This document shows positions 1 through 7,819 of a stretch of 11,710 nucleotides of DNA, piece after piece; within the stretch, counting starts at the first letter, position 1; each line of letters starts with the position of its first letter. A program made the translations under genes and the position numbers. The notes under the pieces were generated by a model, which was given only the letters and a program-made list of their open reading frames with translations, did not search any database and had not been told where the DNA came from. The stretch comes from Archangiaceae bacterium. Its GTDB lineage: Bacteria; Myxococcota; Myxococcia; Myxococcales; Myxococcaceae. Where the stretch lies: contig JAYVCD010000008.1 in the NCBI GenBank assembly GCA_043750125.1, forward strand, positions 1 through 11,710, written 5' to 3'.

Positions 1-697
1 TCCGGGCGCTGAAAGAGTTGAGCTCACCGGCCCCTCCGGGAGCCTGGGAAGCGACCTGGCTGGCGCCGGTCTTGAAAAAGCCGCGCGAGCCGTTGGCGGT
101 GAGGGCGAAGTTGAACTTGCCGGTCGGTCGAGCGAGCGCAAGGCCCACCGACAGACGGGTGATGAGTCCCGCCTGCCAGCTCTCAGGCGTGGTGGGAATC
201 AGCAAGCCGATGGTCGGGGAAAACGTGATCCCCGTCGGAACATTCTTGTACAGACCCGGAGCGGCCAGGCCCAGGCGCGTGTTGTCGGGAGAAAAACGGC
301 GGCCGTTCTCGTTGTCCGGCAGCGTGTATTCCCAGGCGGCGCGCAAGGCGAGCGTGACCGCCAGCTTCACGTCGCGAACCAGGAAGACGTAGCGGGGGAC
401 GACCGAGAGCGTGGCCCCGAAGTACGAGTACATCTCAGGGTTGACGAAGGTCCCGGTGCCGACCGAGTGGTCGAGATCGATGCCGATGGTCAGGCCGCCT
501 TCGTTCTCTTTGTGTTCGAGCGCCGCCAGGGCTCCGCTGGCCGAGGCGCTCGCGCTGGTGGCAGGGGTCGAGGCGGCGGCAGGCACTTCCGGCTTCGGAC
601 TGGGGGCGGCAGTCGGATTGGTCGTCGGGATTTCTCGCGCCAGGGCGAGGGTTGGGACCACGAACATCATCAAGATTGCTGCTTTCAAGATTTTCAA
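1..697 (-). CDS. Exported protein, probable outer-membrane beta-barrel (3' end outside window)
   Basis: Manual translation; absent from the ORF track because there is no stop in the window. GGAGG at 707-703, TTG start at 697, open to position 2: MKILKAAILMMFVVPTLALA (signal peptide, ALA cleavage), Pro/Ala/Thr/Ser linker, then alternating amphipathic strands (LTIGIDLDHSVGTGTF, FGATLSVVPRYVF, LAVTLALRAAWEYT, FNFALTANGSRGF). Confidence 0.75.
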   Translation of the reverse strand, partial: MKILKAAILMMFVVPTLALAREIPTTNPTAAPSPKPEVPAAASTPATSASASASGALAALEHKENEGGLTIGIDLDHSVGTGTFVNPEMYSYFGATLSVVPRYVFLVRDVKLAVTLALRAAWEYTLPDNENGRRFSPDNTRLGLAAPGLYKNVPTGITFSPTIGLLIPTTPESWQAGLITRLSVGLALARPTGKFNFALTANGSRGFFKTGASQVASQAPGGAGELNSFSAR

Positions 698-1029
698 AAA
701 AGCCTCCAACGAACGTCCAAACGCCGGGTGTAGGTACACGACGGCGTGAGCCGCCATGAGCAAACATCGAACCAAAAGTTGGGAATACGGCAACCGACTG
801 AAACTGCTTCGAAAATGACTTGAAGCGCACGGCGCGCCCTAGCCATCGGGCTGGCAGGCCAGGCAAGACCCGTTAGGACGGGGGGCAGGCTCGTGGGGGA
901 AAGCGACAGCAAACCGTCACCTGATCTTCCGTCAAAAATCGACGGGCTCGGAACGGGCGGCGCTGTAACACAGGCTCGCGACACGGATCAAACAACGCAA
1001 TTTGACGCGGTGGGTCGCAGTGCGTCGGC

Positions 1030-2400
1030 TCAGTGCTCGGAAGCCAACAGCCGCAAAAGCCGCGCGGGCTCGACTCTGAGCACGAAGGTCTTTTCCTGGG
1101 AGAAGGTCACCGCCCCGGGAGCGCCCTTCACTTTTCTCAGGTGCTTGACCGGCACGTAGCTGACTTCCCCCCGCGGCTCGCCCTTTTGATCCGAGTGGTG
1201 AAGCGCCAGATGGGCGGCATCGAGCAGCAGTTCTTGAGGCACCGTCGCTCCGCGCTCGAGCGGGATGACGACGTGGGCACCGGGGACTCCGCGGGCGTGC
1301 AACCAGAGGAAGTGGGGCCGCGAGAGCTTGAAGCTCAGGGTGTCGTTGTCGAGGCTGCCTTTGCCGACCCAGATTCGGCCGCCGCCGGAACCGGTGTATT
1401 CGCGGTAGGTGCGCGCGACCGGCTCTTGCAGTCGCTTCTTCGGCGGCGCCTGGGCGGGCGGCGCGGCCTGAATCTGCGCCAGCTGGGCGAGCAACGCCGC
1501 CTGGTCTTTGTCCAGCTGCTCGAGCCGCTTGCGCGACATCGCTTCTCCGCGCGTCAGCCGTCGGTACTGGTGAAAGAGCCACTCGGCGTGCTGCTGCGCG
1601 GTGCGCGCGGGCTCGAGCTTCACCGTCCGTTCGGCGATGGTTCCGTCGGCCAGGTACTCGGTGAGGGTGACCTCGCGCGCGCCACGGGGCACCTTCGACA
1701 GGTGCTGCTTGAGCAGCTCTCCGTCCTGGCGGTAGCGCACGGCCAGCGACGTACGCGCGGCCTCGGCTTCGACCTTCTTCCGGGTGCGCTGAAGCCGGGC
1801 CAGCTTGCTGAGCAAAGGTGAGCGGGCCGCATCGATCGCCCGCACCCCTTCGTCCGTCTCGAACAGCGCCTCGACCGCGCGCGACAGCGGCAGGTCGACC
1901 GACGCGGAGGCGGCGAGCAGGCGCGAAGTCCCGGGCGGAGCGGCGGAAGCGCGGGGGACGTAAGGCGCGCCCGGGCGCTCGGGCACCGGGCTCTGGGCGG
2001 TGACCGCCAAAATCCGTTCTCCCAGCGTCAGCAGCACCACCGGCGGCGCCGACAGCTCGAGCTGCAACGCGTACGGTTTGTCTTCGCGCACCAGGCTCAA
2101 AGTCACCCGCTGCATCTGAGCTGTGACTGCAGTGAGCTTCGAGCCGGTGAGCGCGGTGCGCGCGAGGTGCTGAAAACCGCTGGCTTCGCCCGGAGTGCCC
2201 TTCGGCCGCTGCTCGACAATCGACAGCCGACCCACCTGGGGCGCGGCACACAGGTGCATGGTCACCGACCGACCGGGGACCCGCAGCTCGAGCCAGACCC
2301 GGCCTGGAAGGGTGGCGTTCACTTTTTGCACCACCGAGCCGGTCAGGTGCGCGGTCAGCTCGGCGGCGAGAGCGGCGAGCTCAGAAGGACGAAGCGACAC
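1030..2400 (-). CDS. rqcH: NFACT family protein (RqcH/FbpA-like, C-terminal NFACT-R/DUF814 domain)
   Basis: NFACT-N-like start (ELAALAAEL..LTGSVVQKV), coiled coil with 'KLEPARTAQQHAEWLFHQYRRL', NFACT-R signature 'IWVGKGSLDNDTLS...LWLHARGVPGAHVVI...AAHLALHHS...VSYVPVKHLRK..GAPGAV'. GTG start 10 bp after the ligase stop. Confidence 0.85.
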   Translation of the reverse strand: MSLRPSELAALAAELTAHLTGSVVQKVNATLPGRVWLELRVPGRSVTMHLCAAPQVGRLSIVEQRPKGTPGEASGFQHLARTALTGSKLTAVTAQMQRVTLSLVREDKPYALQLELSAPPVVLLTLGERILAVTAQSPVPERPGAPYVPRASAAPPGTSRLLAASASVDLPLSRAVEALFETDEGVRAIDAARSPLLSKLARLQRTRKKVEAEAARTSLAVRYRQDGELLKQHLSKVPRGAREVTLTEYLADGTIAERTVKLEPARTAQQHAEWLFHQYRRLTRGEAMSRKRLEQLDKDQAALLAQLAQIQAAPPAQAPPKKRLQEPVARTYREYTGSGGGRIWVGKGSLDNDTLSFKLSRPHFLWLHARGVPGAHVVIPLERGATVPQELLLDAAHLALHHSDQKGEPRGEVSYVPVKHLRKVKGAPGAVTFSQEKTFVLRVEPARLLRLLASEH

Positions 2401-2410
2401 GAAGAGAAGG

Positions 2411-3448
2411 TCAGCGCGGAGAACGGGCGAGCGCGATGACTTCCTCGAGGTCGAAGAGGCGGGGCGGAATGAGCTGGGCGTAGCTGCACTGCAGGGGCGG
2501 CTTGTCGGTGCGCCAGCGCAGGAAAGTCGCTCCGTGACGAAAGCGGTCGCCTTGGAGGTAGTCGAACTTCACTTCGACGACCAGCTCGGGACGCAGCGGG
2601 GTCCAGGCGAGATCTTTTTTTCCCGACCAGCGGCTGGGAGCCCCGGGGGTGCGGCCTTCGCCGAAGCTGGTGCCACCTTCGAAAGGCTTCAGCGTTTGAA
2701 CCAGCTCTTTCTTCTGCTGGGCGGTGAAAGACGAGGTGTGCCCGACGTGGTGCAGCACCCCCGCCTCGTCGTACAGCCCCAGCAGCAGGGCGCCGACCGT
2801 GTTCAAGGCTTTGCCCGCCCGGTAGCCCCCCACCACACAATCGGCGGTGCGACCGTGCTTCACCTTCACCATCACCCGCTTGCCGGGCAGGTAGGGCAAC
2901 TCGGTGCGACGGGCGATGACTCCGTCGAGGCCTGCGCCTTCGAAGTGGTTGAACCAATCGAGCGCGATCTTCGGGTCGGGGGTCTGCGGAGTCGGGAACA
3001 ACGCGTCGCTGACCGGCACCACTTCGAGCAGCTTCGCCCGCCTTTCGGCAAACGGCCGACCTCGCCAATCTTCCTGTTCGAATGCGAGCAGGTCGAAGGC
3101 CACGAAGCTGGCGGGGGTTTCCTTGGCCAGCTTCTGGACCCGCGAATTCGCCGGATGAATGCGCTGCTGCAAGAGCTCGAAGTCCAGACCGCGAGGGGTG
3201 GGGACGAACAGCTCGCCGTCGAGCACGCACTGGGGCAGACGCTGGGCGAGCATCGCGACCACTTCGGGGAAATACCGCTCGAGCGGCTGGCCGTTGCGAC
3301 TGCAGATGTGCAGCTTCTCGCCGTCCTTGAACGGCAGGGCGCGAAACCCGTCCCACTTCGGCTCGTAGACCCAGCCTTCTCCGGTGGGAATTTCGTCCGC
3401 AGGCTCGGCGAGCATCGGCTCGATCGGAGATGTGAAGGGCAAGGTCAT
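2411..3448 (-). CDS. ligC: ATP-dependent DNA ligase, LigC-type (adenylation plus OB domain only)
   Basis: Motif I EPKWDGFR, III LDGEL, IIIa FVAFDLL, IV GAGLDGVIA, V MVKVKH, then 'TADCVVGGYR', 'LRPELVVEVKFD...RFRH', as in actinobacterial LigC. 345 aa with no polymerase or nuclease domain. Confidence 0.92.
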   Translation of the reverse strand: MTLPFTSPIEPMLAEPADEIPTGEGWVYEPKWDGFRALPFKDGEKLHICSRNGQPLERYFPEVVAMLAQRLPQCVLDGELFVPTPRGLDFELLQQRIHPANSRVQKLAKETPASFVAFDLLAFEQEDWRGRPFAERRAKLLEVVPVSDALFPTPQTPDPKIALDWFNHFEGAGLDGVIARRTELPYLPGKRVMVKVKHGRTADCVVGGYRAGKALNTVGALLLGLYDEAGVLHHVGHTSSFTAQQKKELVQTLKPFEGGTSFGEGRTPGAPSRWSGKKDLAWTPLRPELVVEVKFDYLQGDRFRHGATFLRWRTDKPPLQCSYAQLIPPRLFDLEEVIALARSPR

Positions 3449-3487
3449 CGGTAAAGCGCGATGTAGCCCAGATGGGCGCGCCTGCCT

Positions 3488-4586
3488 TCAGAACGACTTG
3501 AGGTCTTTGAGAATCCGCTTCGAGATGACGATGCGCTGGATTTCGCCGGTGCCCTCAAAGATGTCGTAGACCCGGATGTCGCGAAACCACTTCTCGACGA
3601 AGTGGTCGTTGAGGACTCCCGCCGCGCCCATCACCTGGGTGAGATCGGCCCGGGTGTCGATCGCGGCGCGGGCCGAAAACGCCTTCGACATCGAGGCTTC
3701 TTTCGCGTTGCTGATCCCCGCGTCCGCCATCCACGCCGCGCGCCAGCACAATAACCGCGAGGCCTCGATGCGCCGCTTGCTGCGGGCGATCAGCTCTTCG
3801 ACGTGGTGATACCTCGCCACCGGCCGACCCAGCTCGAAGTGCTCTTTGGCGAAGTCGACTGCCTTCTCGTACGCGGCCCCGGCGATGCCGACGGCCATCG
3901 AGGCCACCATCGGCCGGGGCCGTCTCGGAAGCGCGCAGCCCCATCTTCTCTTCGATTTTTCCCACCGTAAAACCGGGGGTGCCCTTCTCGACGACGAAGG
4001 CGCGGTGGCCAGCGCGGCCCCGGGTCGGGTCGACGGTGGCGAAGATCACGACCCACGACGCACGCGCGCCGTTGGTGATGAAGCACTTGCGGCCGTTGAG
4101 CACCCAGTGGTTTTGGTCTTTGCGCGCCGTGGCACGGATCCCCGCCACATCGCTGCCGGCGGCGGGCTCGGTCAGGCCGTACGCACCCCACCGGGGTTCA
4201 GGCGCGCTGAACATCCCCAGGTACTTCGCCTTCTGCTCTGCCGTCCCCATGATCGCGACCGGGGGTCCACCCAGCCCTGGCCCGGGCAAAGTCAGAATGA
4301 CCGCCGGGTCTCCCCAGGCCATCTCTTCGGCCGCGAGCACCGCGAGGCGGTTGGCCTGCTTGACCCCTTGCGCCTTTTCCTCGCCCAGCCCCTCGCCTTC
4401 CCCACCGAGCTCTTTGGGCAGGCCCCCCATCGAGATCCCGAGGTCCTTCACTTTCTGGAGGAACGCAGGGCGAATTTGATGGTTGCGGTCGGCCTCGAGC
4501 GCGATCGGGCGCACCTCGTTCTGGGCGAACCAGTGAATCATCTGACGAACGGTTTCCTGCTTTTCCGAAAGGCTGAAATCAATCAT
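3488..4586 (-). pseudogene. Acyl-CoA dehydrogenase, FadE23-like, with internal deletion and frameshift near 3915-3922
   Basis: 5' frame (4586 to about 3918): 'EEMAWGDPAVILTLPGPGLG', 'GLTEPAAGSDV', 'LNGRKCFITNG', 'EKMGLRASETA'. 3' frame (about 3916 to 3488): 'RPMVASMAVGIA', 'NAKEASMSKA', 'EKWFRDIRVYDIFEGT'. The linking segment is absent. May be intact in the real genome. Confidence 0.85.
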
Positions 4587-4601
4587 GGGCGGGCTCTCGT
4601 T

Positions 4602-5409
4602 TCAGCGCAGCGACGGATGCAGCGAAGGAAGCGGAAAGAGGTCGGGGGACGTGAGGCTTCGGCCCAACTCGGCGGCGACGAGGGTCGCCTGCGCGGCCTG
4701 AGCGTGCAGCTTGTAGAGCGCGAGCGTCTTCGCGTCGCGCATCCACTTCTCGACCGGGTGGTCCTGCAGGTATCCGGCCCCCCCCCCAGGACCTGCACCG
4801 CCGAATTGGCGCAGAAGAACGCCGCTTCGAGCGCCTGGGCCTGCGCGATCGCGATGTTCGCGGTGGGCTCGAGCCCCTGGTCGAATTCCCACGCGGCGCG
4901 CCAGACCAACCAGCGGGCGGCATCGACGGCGGCCGCCATGTCGGCAAGCAGGAATGCGACCGCCTGGAAGTGGCCGATCGGCTTTCCGAAGGCCTGGCGC
5001 TCTTCGGCGTAGGCGCGGGCGTATTCGTACCCCGCCTGGGCGAGCCCGCCGCCGCGGGCCGCAGTCACCAGGCTCAGCCGGTCGTAATACGCGCGCAACA
5101 CCTGGGGCAGCGAGCCGGGCGAATCGAGGCGATCTGCGGCCGCCACCCGCGCTCCTTCCACCATGACCTCTCGCACCGGGACCGCCTGCAACCCGAGCGC
5201 GGTGAAGGTGCGGCTGCTGCGCAGGCCGGCGTTCCCGGCGCGAACGAGAACAATTCCCGCCCCGCCCAGCCCGCGGCCCGCTTCGACCTGCGCGAGGAAG
5301 GTCCGCTTTTTTCGATCGCGCGCAGCTTCGGTCGAAGGTGTCGGGCTGCGAACTGCTGCACCGTCGTTTGAATCTGCGTCAGCTCTTCGCCCAGCTCGAA
5401 AGACGCCAT
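4602..5409 (-). pseudogene. Acyl-CoA dehydrogenase family subunit, FadE24-like, with large internal deletion (about 5300) and homopolymer frameshift (4778-4787)
   Basis: Three pieces: MASFELGEELTQIQTTVQQFAARHLRPKLRAIEKSG; TFLAQVEAGRGLGGAGIVLV...ERQAFGKPIGHFQAVAFLLADMA...AVQVLGG; AGYLQDHPVEKWMRDAKTLALY...SLR*. About 269 codons in total, short for an ACAD. Confidence 0.8.
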
Positions 5410-5430
5410 GGGTGGAAGACCCCGCGCCGA

Positions 5431-5478
5431 TTGATTCCAGAATCAGCCGACCTTGCCCCCCGTTGACTTCCGAGTCAA
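5431..5478. promoter_or_regulatory. Two related palindromic operator-like sites upstream of the ACAD pair
   Basis: TTGATT-CCAG-AATCAG (5431-5446) and TTGACT-TCCG-AGTCAA (5463-5478), 32 bp apart, both AT-rich within a GC-rich 89-bp intergenic region. Confidence 0.55.
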
Positions 5479-5498
5479 TCGCCCGGCCCGGCAACCGC

Positions 5499-6029
5499 CT
5501 ACTTCGCAGTGCAGTTGAGCGTCGTGAGGGTGGCGAGCAGGTGGGCTTCGGGGGTGAGCCCATCGTCGTCGATGAACGCCAGCACGACGGTCGATTGAAA
5601 CGGGAGCACCGCGATCAAATGCCGTTCGACCGGCGCGCTGGGCTGGCGCCGCCACTGGTAGGCGAGCAGCCGGCCCTCGCCCATCGGGTCTTCGCGCAGC
5701 AGGGTGAAGTTGGGCTGATTTCCCCACGCGGCCAGGGTCCGGCGCTTCTGCTCTTCGGCCGCCCGGGCGACATTGGGCTCGAGCGACTCGCGCACCACCA
5801 TGCGGCCGCGCAGCTTCGGAGCCGTGGCGAGCACCTCGGCGATCTGGTCGGGCAGGGTCGAAGCGCTGGTGGTCCACCCCGAGGGCGCTTCGAACGCGCA
5901 CTTCAACGTCGGGGCGCGAAAGGCGTTGGGCTGCGGTTGGGCCAGCCCGGCATCGGGGCCAGAGGCGGTCTTCTCGGTGCAGGAGCACAACCACAGCCCC
6001 AGCGCGCCGACAGCGATCATGCGGGTCAT
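5499..6029 (-). CDS. Putative lipoprotein (possible PsbP/DcrB-like fold)
   Basis: MTRMIAVGALGLWLCSC: basic N-terminus, hydrophobic stretch, lipobox-like LCSC. 'FEAPSGWT' followed by a helix/strand pattern reminiscent of PsbP-like domains (fold call is weak). Confidence 0.7.
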   Translation of the reverse strand: MTRMIAVGALGLWLCSCTEKTASGPDAGLAQPQPNAFRAPTLKCAFEAPSGWTTSASTLPDQIAEVLATAPKLRGRMVVRESLEPNVARAAEEQKRRTLAAWGNQPNFTLLREDPMGEGRLLAYQWRRQPSAPVERHLIAVLPFQSTVVLAFIDDDGLTPEAHLLATLTTLNCTAK

Positions 6030-6035
6030 GGAGCC

Positions 6036-6064
6036 AATGTCTTTCGGCGCGGGGCCGGGGTCAA
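6036..6064 (-). promoter_or_regulatory. Putative sigma70-type promoter giving a leaderless lipoprotein mRNA
   Basis: Minus strand TTGACC (6064-6059), 17-nt spacer, GACATT (6041-6036), 6 nt, then ATG at 6029. No Shine-Dalgarno sequence. Confidence 0.4.
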
Positions 6065-6118
6065 TCGAGCAATGGGCCCGGACGAAATGGCCGAAGTAGA
6101 AGTAAGAGCTCTTTCCCG

Positions 6119-6544
6119 ATGCTCTGGATCAAAGCCGTACACGTGATGGCGATCATCAGCTGGATGGCAGGCCTGCTCTACCTGTACCGGCTGTTCGTCT
6201 ACCACGCGATGGAAACCGAAGCGGTGGTGCAGCAGCGACTGCAGGTGATGGAACGGCGCCTGCTCAACGGCATCGCCCACCCGTCGGCGGTGCTCTCGGT
6301 CGCGACCGGGCTGACGATGTTGTGGATGTTGCCCGGTTACCTGACCCAGCCATGGATGCACGCGAAGCTGCTGTTCGTCGTCGGGCTCCTGGTGATGCAT
6401 GGGCTGGGGATGCGGTACCGCACGAGGCTGATCACCGTTCCCAACGGTGTGCCGCACAAGACGTTCCGGATTCTGAACGAGGTGCCGACGCTGCTGATGA
6501 TCGGGATCGTGATCATGATCATCGTTCGACCCTGGTCGCGATGA
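6119..6544 (+). CDS. hemJ: Protoporphyrinogen IX oxidase HemJ (CopD/UPF0093 family)
   Basis: 'WIKAVHVMAIISWMAGLLYLYRLFVYHA', 'MERRL', 'WMHAKL', 'FRILNEVPTLLMIGIVI..IVRP'. 141 aa with four hydrophobic helices. Confidence 0.93.
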   Translation: MLWIKAVHVMAIISWMAGLLYLYRLFVYHAMETEAVVQQRLQVMERRLLNGIAHPSAVLSVATGLTMLWMLPGYLTQPWMHAKLLFVVGLLVMHGLGMRYRTRLITVPNGVPHKTFRILNEVPTLLMIGIVIMIIVRPWSR

Positions 6545-7815
6545 GCCGGGTGTTCCCCGAGAGCTTCGTCTTCGGCGTGGCGACTGCCGCGTACCAGGTC
6601 GAAGGCGGCATCGACAACGACTGGTCCGACTGGGAACGGGCGGGCAAGTGCAAAGAACCCCACGTGCGCTGTGGGCGTTCGGTCGATCACTGGAACCGGT
6701 TCGATGAAGACGTGGGGCTGATCCAAAAGCTCGGCGCCAGCGCGTACCGGATGTCGGTCGAATGGGCCCGGGTCGAGCCCGAGCCGGGGAAGTTCGACGA
6801 TGCGGCGTGGGCCTCGTACCGAACGCGGCTCGAGCGGCTGGGCGCGAGGGGGATCCGCCCGGTGGTGACGATGCATCACTTCACCCACCCCCGGTGGTTT
6901 CCAGCGCAAACCCCATGGCACGAGCCCAGCTGCTTGCGCTCGTGGGAACGGTACGCGAAGAAGTTCGCCCAGTTGGTCCAGGGTCTCGACGTGGCGGTGG
7001 TGACCTTCAACGAGCCGATGGTGTTTCTGCTGGGAGGATACCTGGCGGCGCAGATGCCTCCGGGAATCGCCGATGCGCGCAAGGCGTGGGCAGCGCTGGC
7101 CAACCTGGCGCGGGCGCATGTGATCGCGCGTGCGGCCCTGCTCGACGTTTCGCCCCGCGTGACGGTGGGGATTTCCCAGCACCTGATGGACTTCGTCCCC
7201 GCGCGTCGCTGGCACCCGATTGACCAGGCGCTGACCCGGCTGGCCGATTCGAGCTTCAACCACGCGCTGCTCGAGGCGCTCACCACCGGCGAGCTCAAGA
7301 TCCGGATGCCGGGGATCGCCACCGGGGCGACGAAGATCGACGGCGGCCGCGACTCGATGGAATACCTGGGGATCAACTACTACACCCGCTCGCACTTGAA
7401 GTTCGTCGCGGGCAAGCCCTTCGTGCAGTTCGAGTTCCGCGATGTGCACCAGCGCGGGCTGACCGACATCGGGTGGGAATATTACCCCGAGGGCTTTGGC
7501 CGACTGCTGCGAACGCTCAAGCGCTACGACAAGCAGGTGTGGGTGACCGAGAACGGAATCGATGATCGCACCGGGCTGCGCCGCACGAAGTTCATTCACG
7601 ACCACCTGAACCAGGTGCTCGACGCGCGCGCCGATGGGGTCGACGTTCAGTCCTACCTGCACTGGAGTCTGCTCGACAACTTCGAGTGGCTCGAGGGGTG
7701 GGGTCCGAGGTTCGGGTTGTACCGGGTGGACTTTCAGACGCTCGAGCGCACCGCGACCCCGGCGTGTGACTATTTTCGATCGGTCGTAGACACCCGCACG
7801 GTGCCTTCGCTGTGA
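6541..7815 (+). CDS. Glycoside hydrolase family 1 (beta-glucosidase)
   Basis: Start is the ATG at 6541 (ATGA overlap with the hemJ stop): FPESFVFGVATAAYQVEG, YRMSVEWARVEP, acid/base TFNEP, GINYY, nucleophile VTENG, WSLLDNFEW..G..PRFGL. No signal peptide. Confidence 0.95.
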   Translation: MSRVFPESFVFGVATAAYQVEGGIDNDWSDWERAGKCKEPHVRCGRSVDHWNRFDEDVGLIQKLGASAYRMSVEWARVEPEPGKFDDAAWASYRTRLERLGARGIRPVVTMHHFTHPRWFPAQTPWHEPSCLRSWERYAKKFAQLVQGLDVAVVTFNEPMVFLLGGYLAAQMPPGIADARKAWAALANLARAHVIARAALLDVSPRVTVGISQHLMDFVPARRWHPIDQALTRLADSSFNHALLEALTTGELKIRMPGIATGATKIDGGRDSMEYLGINYYTRSHLKFVAGKPFVQFEFRDVHQRGLTDIGWEYYPEGFGRLLRTLKRYDKQVWVTENGIDDRTGLRRTKFIHDHLNQVLDARADGVDVQSYLHWSLLDNFEWLEGWGPRFGLYRVDFQTLERTATPACDYFRSVVDTRTVPSL

Positions 7816-7819
7816 GCGC

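Noticed and set aside
770..930. Cobalamin or c-di-GMP riboswitch (GGGAA..., GCAAACC words)
   Set aside because: The words are on the strand opposite the downstream gene and the other conserved elements (B12 box, paired stems) are absent.
3488..5409. Programmed ribosomal frameshifting to explain the split ACADs
   Set aside because: Essential coding segments are physically missing at two junctions, so recoding could not restore them.
5410..5563. Start of the 326-aa ORF 4583-5563 as an ACAD N-terminus
   Set aside because: Runs through the lipoprotein 3' end and the operator region; the ACAD-like N-terminus begins at 5409 in another frame.
6322..6540. N-terminal extension of the GH1 ORF given in the track
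   Set aside because: Overlaps hemJ in another frame; GH1 homology starts at the ATG at 6541.
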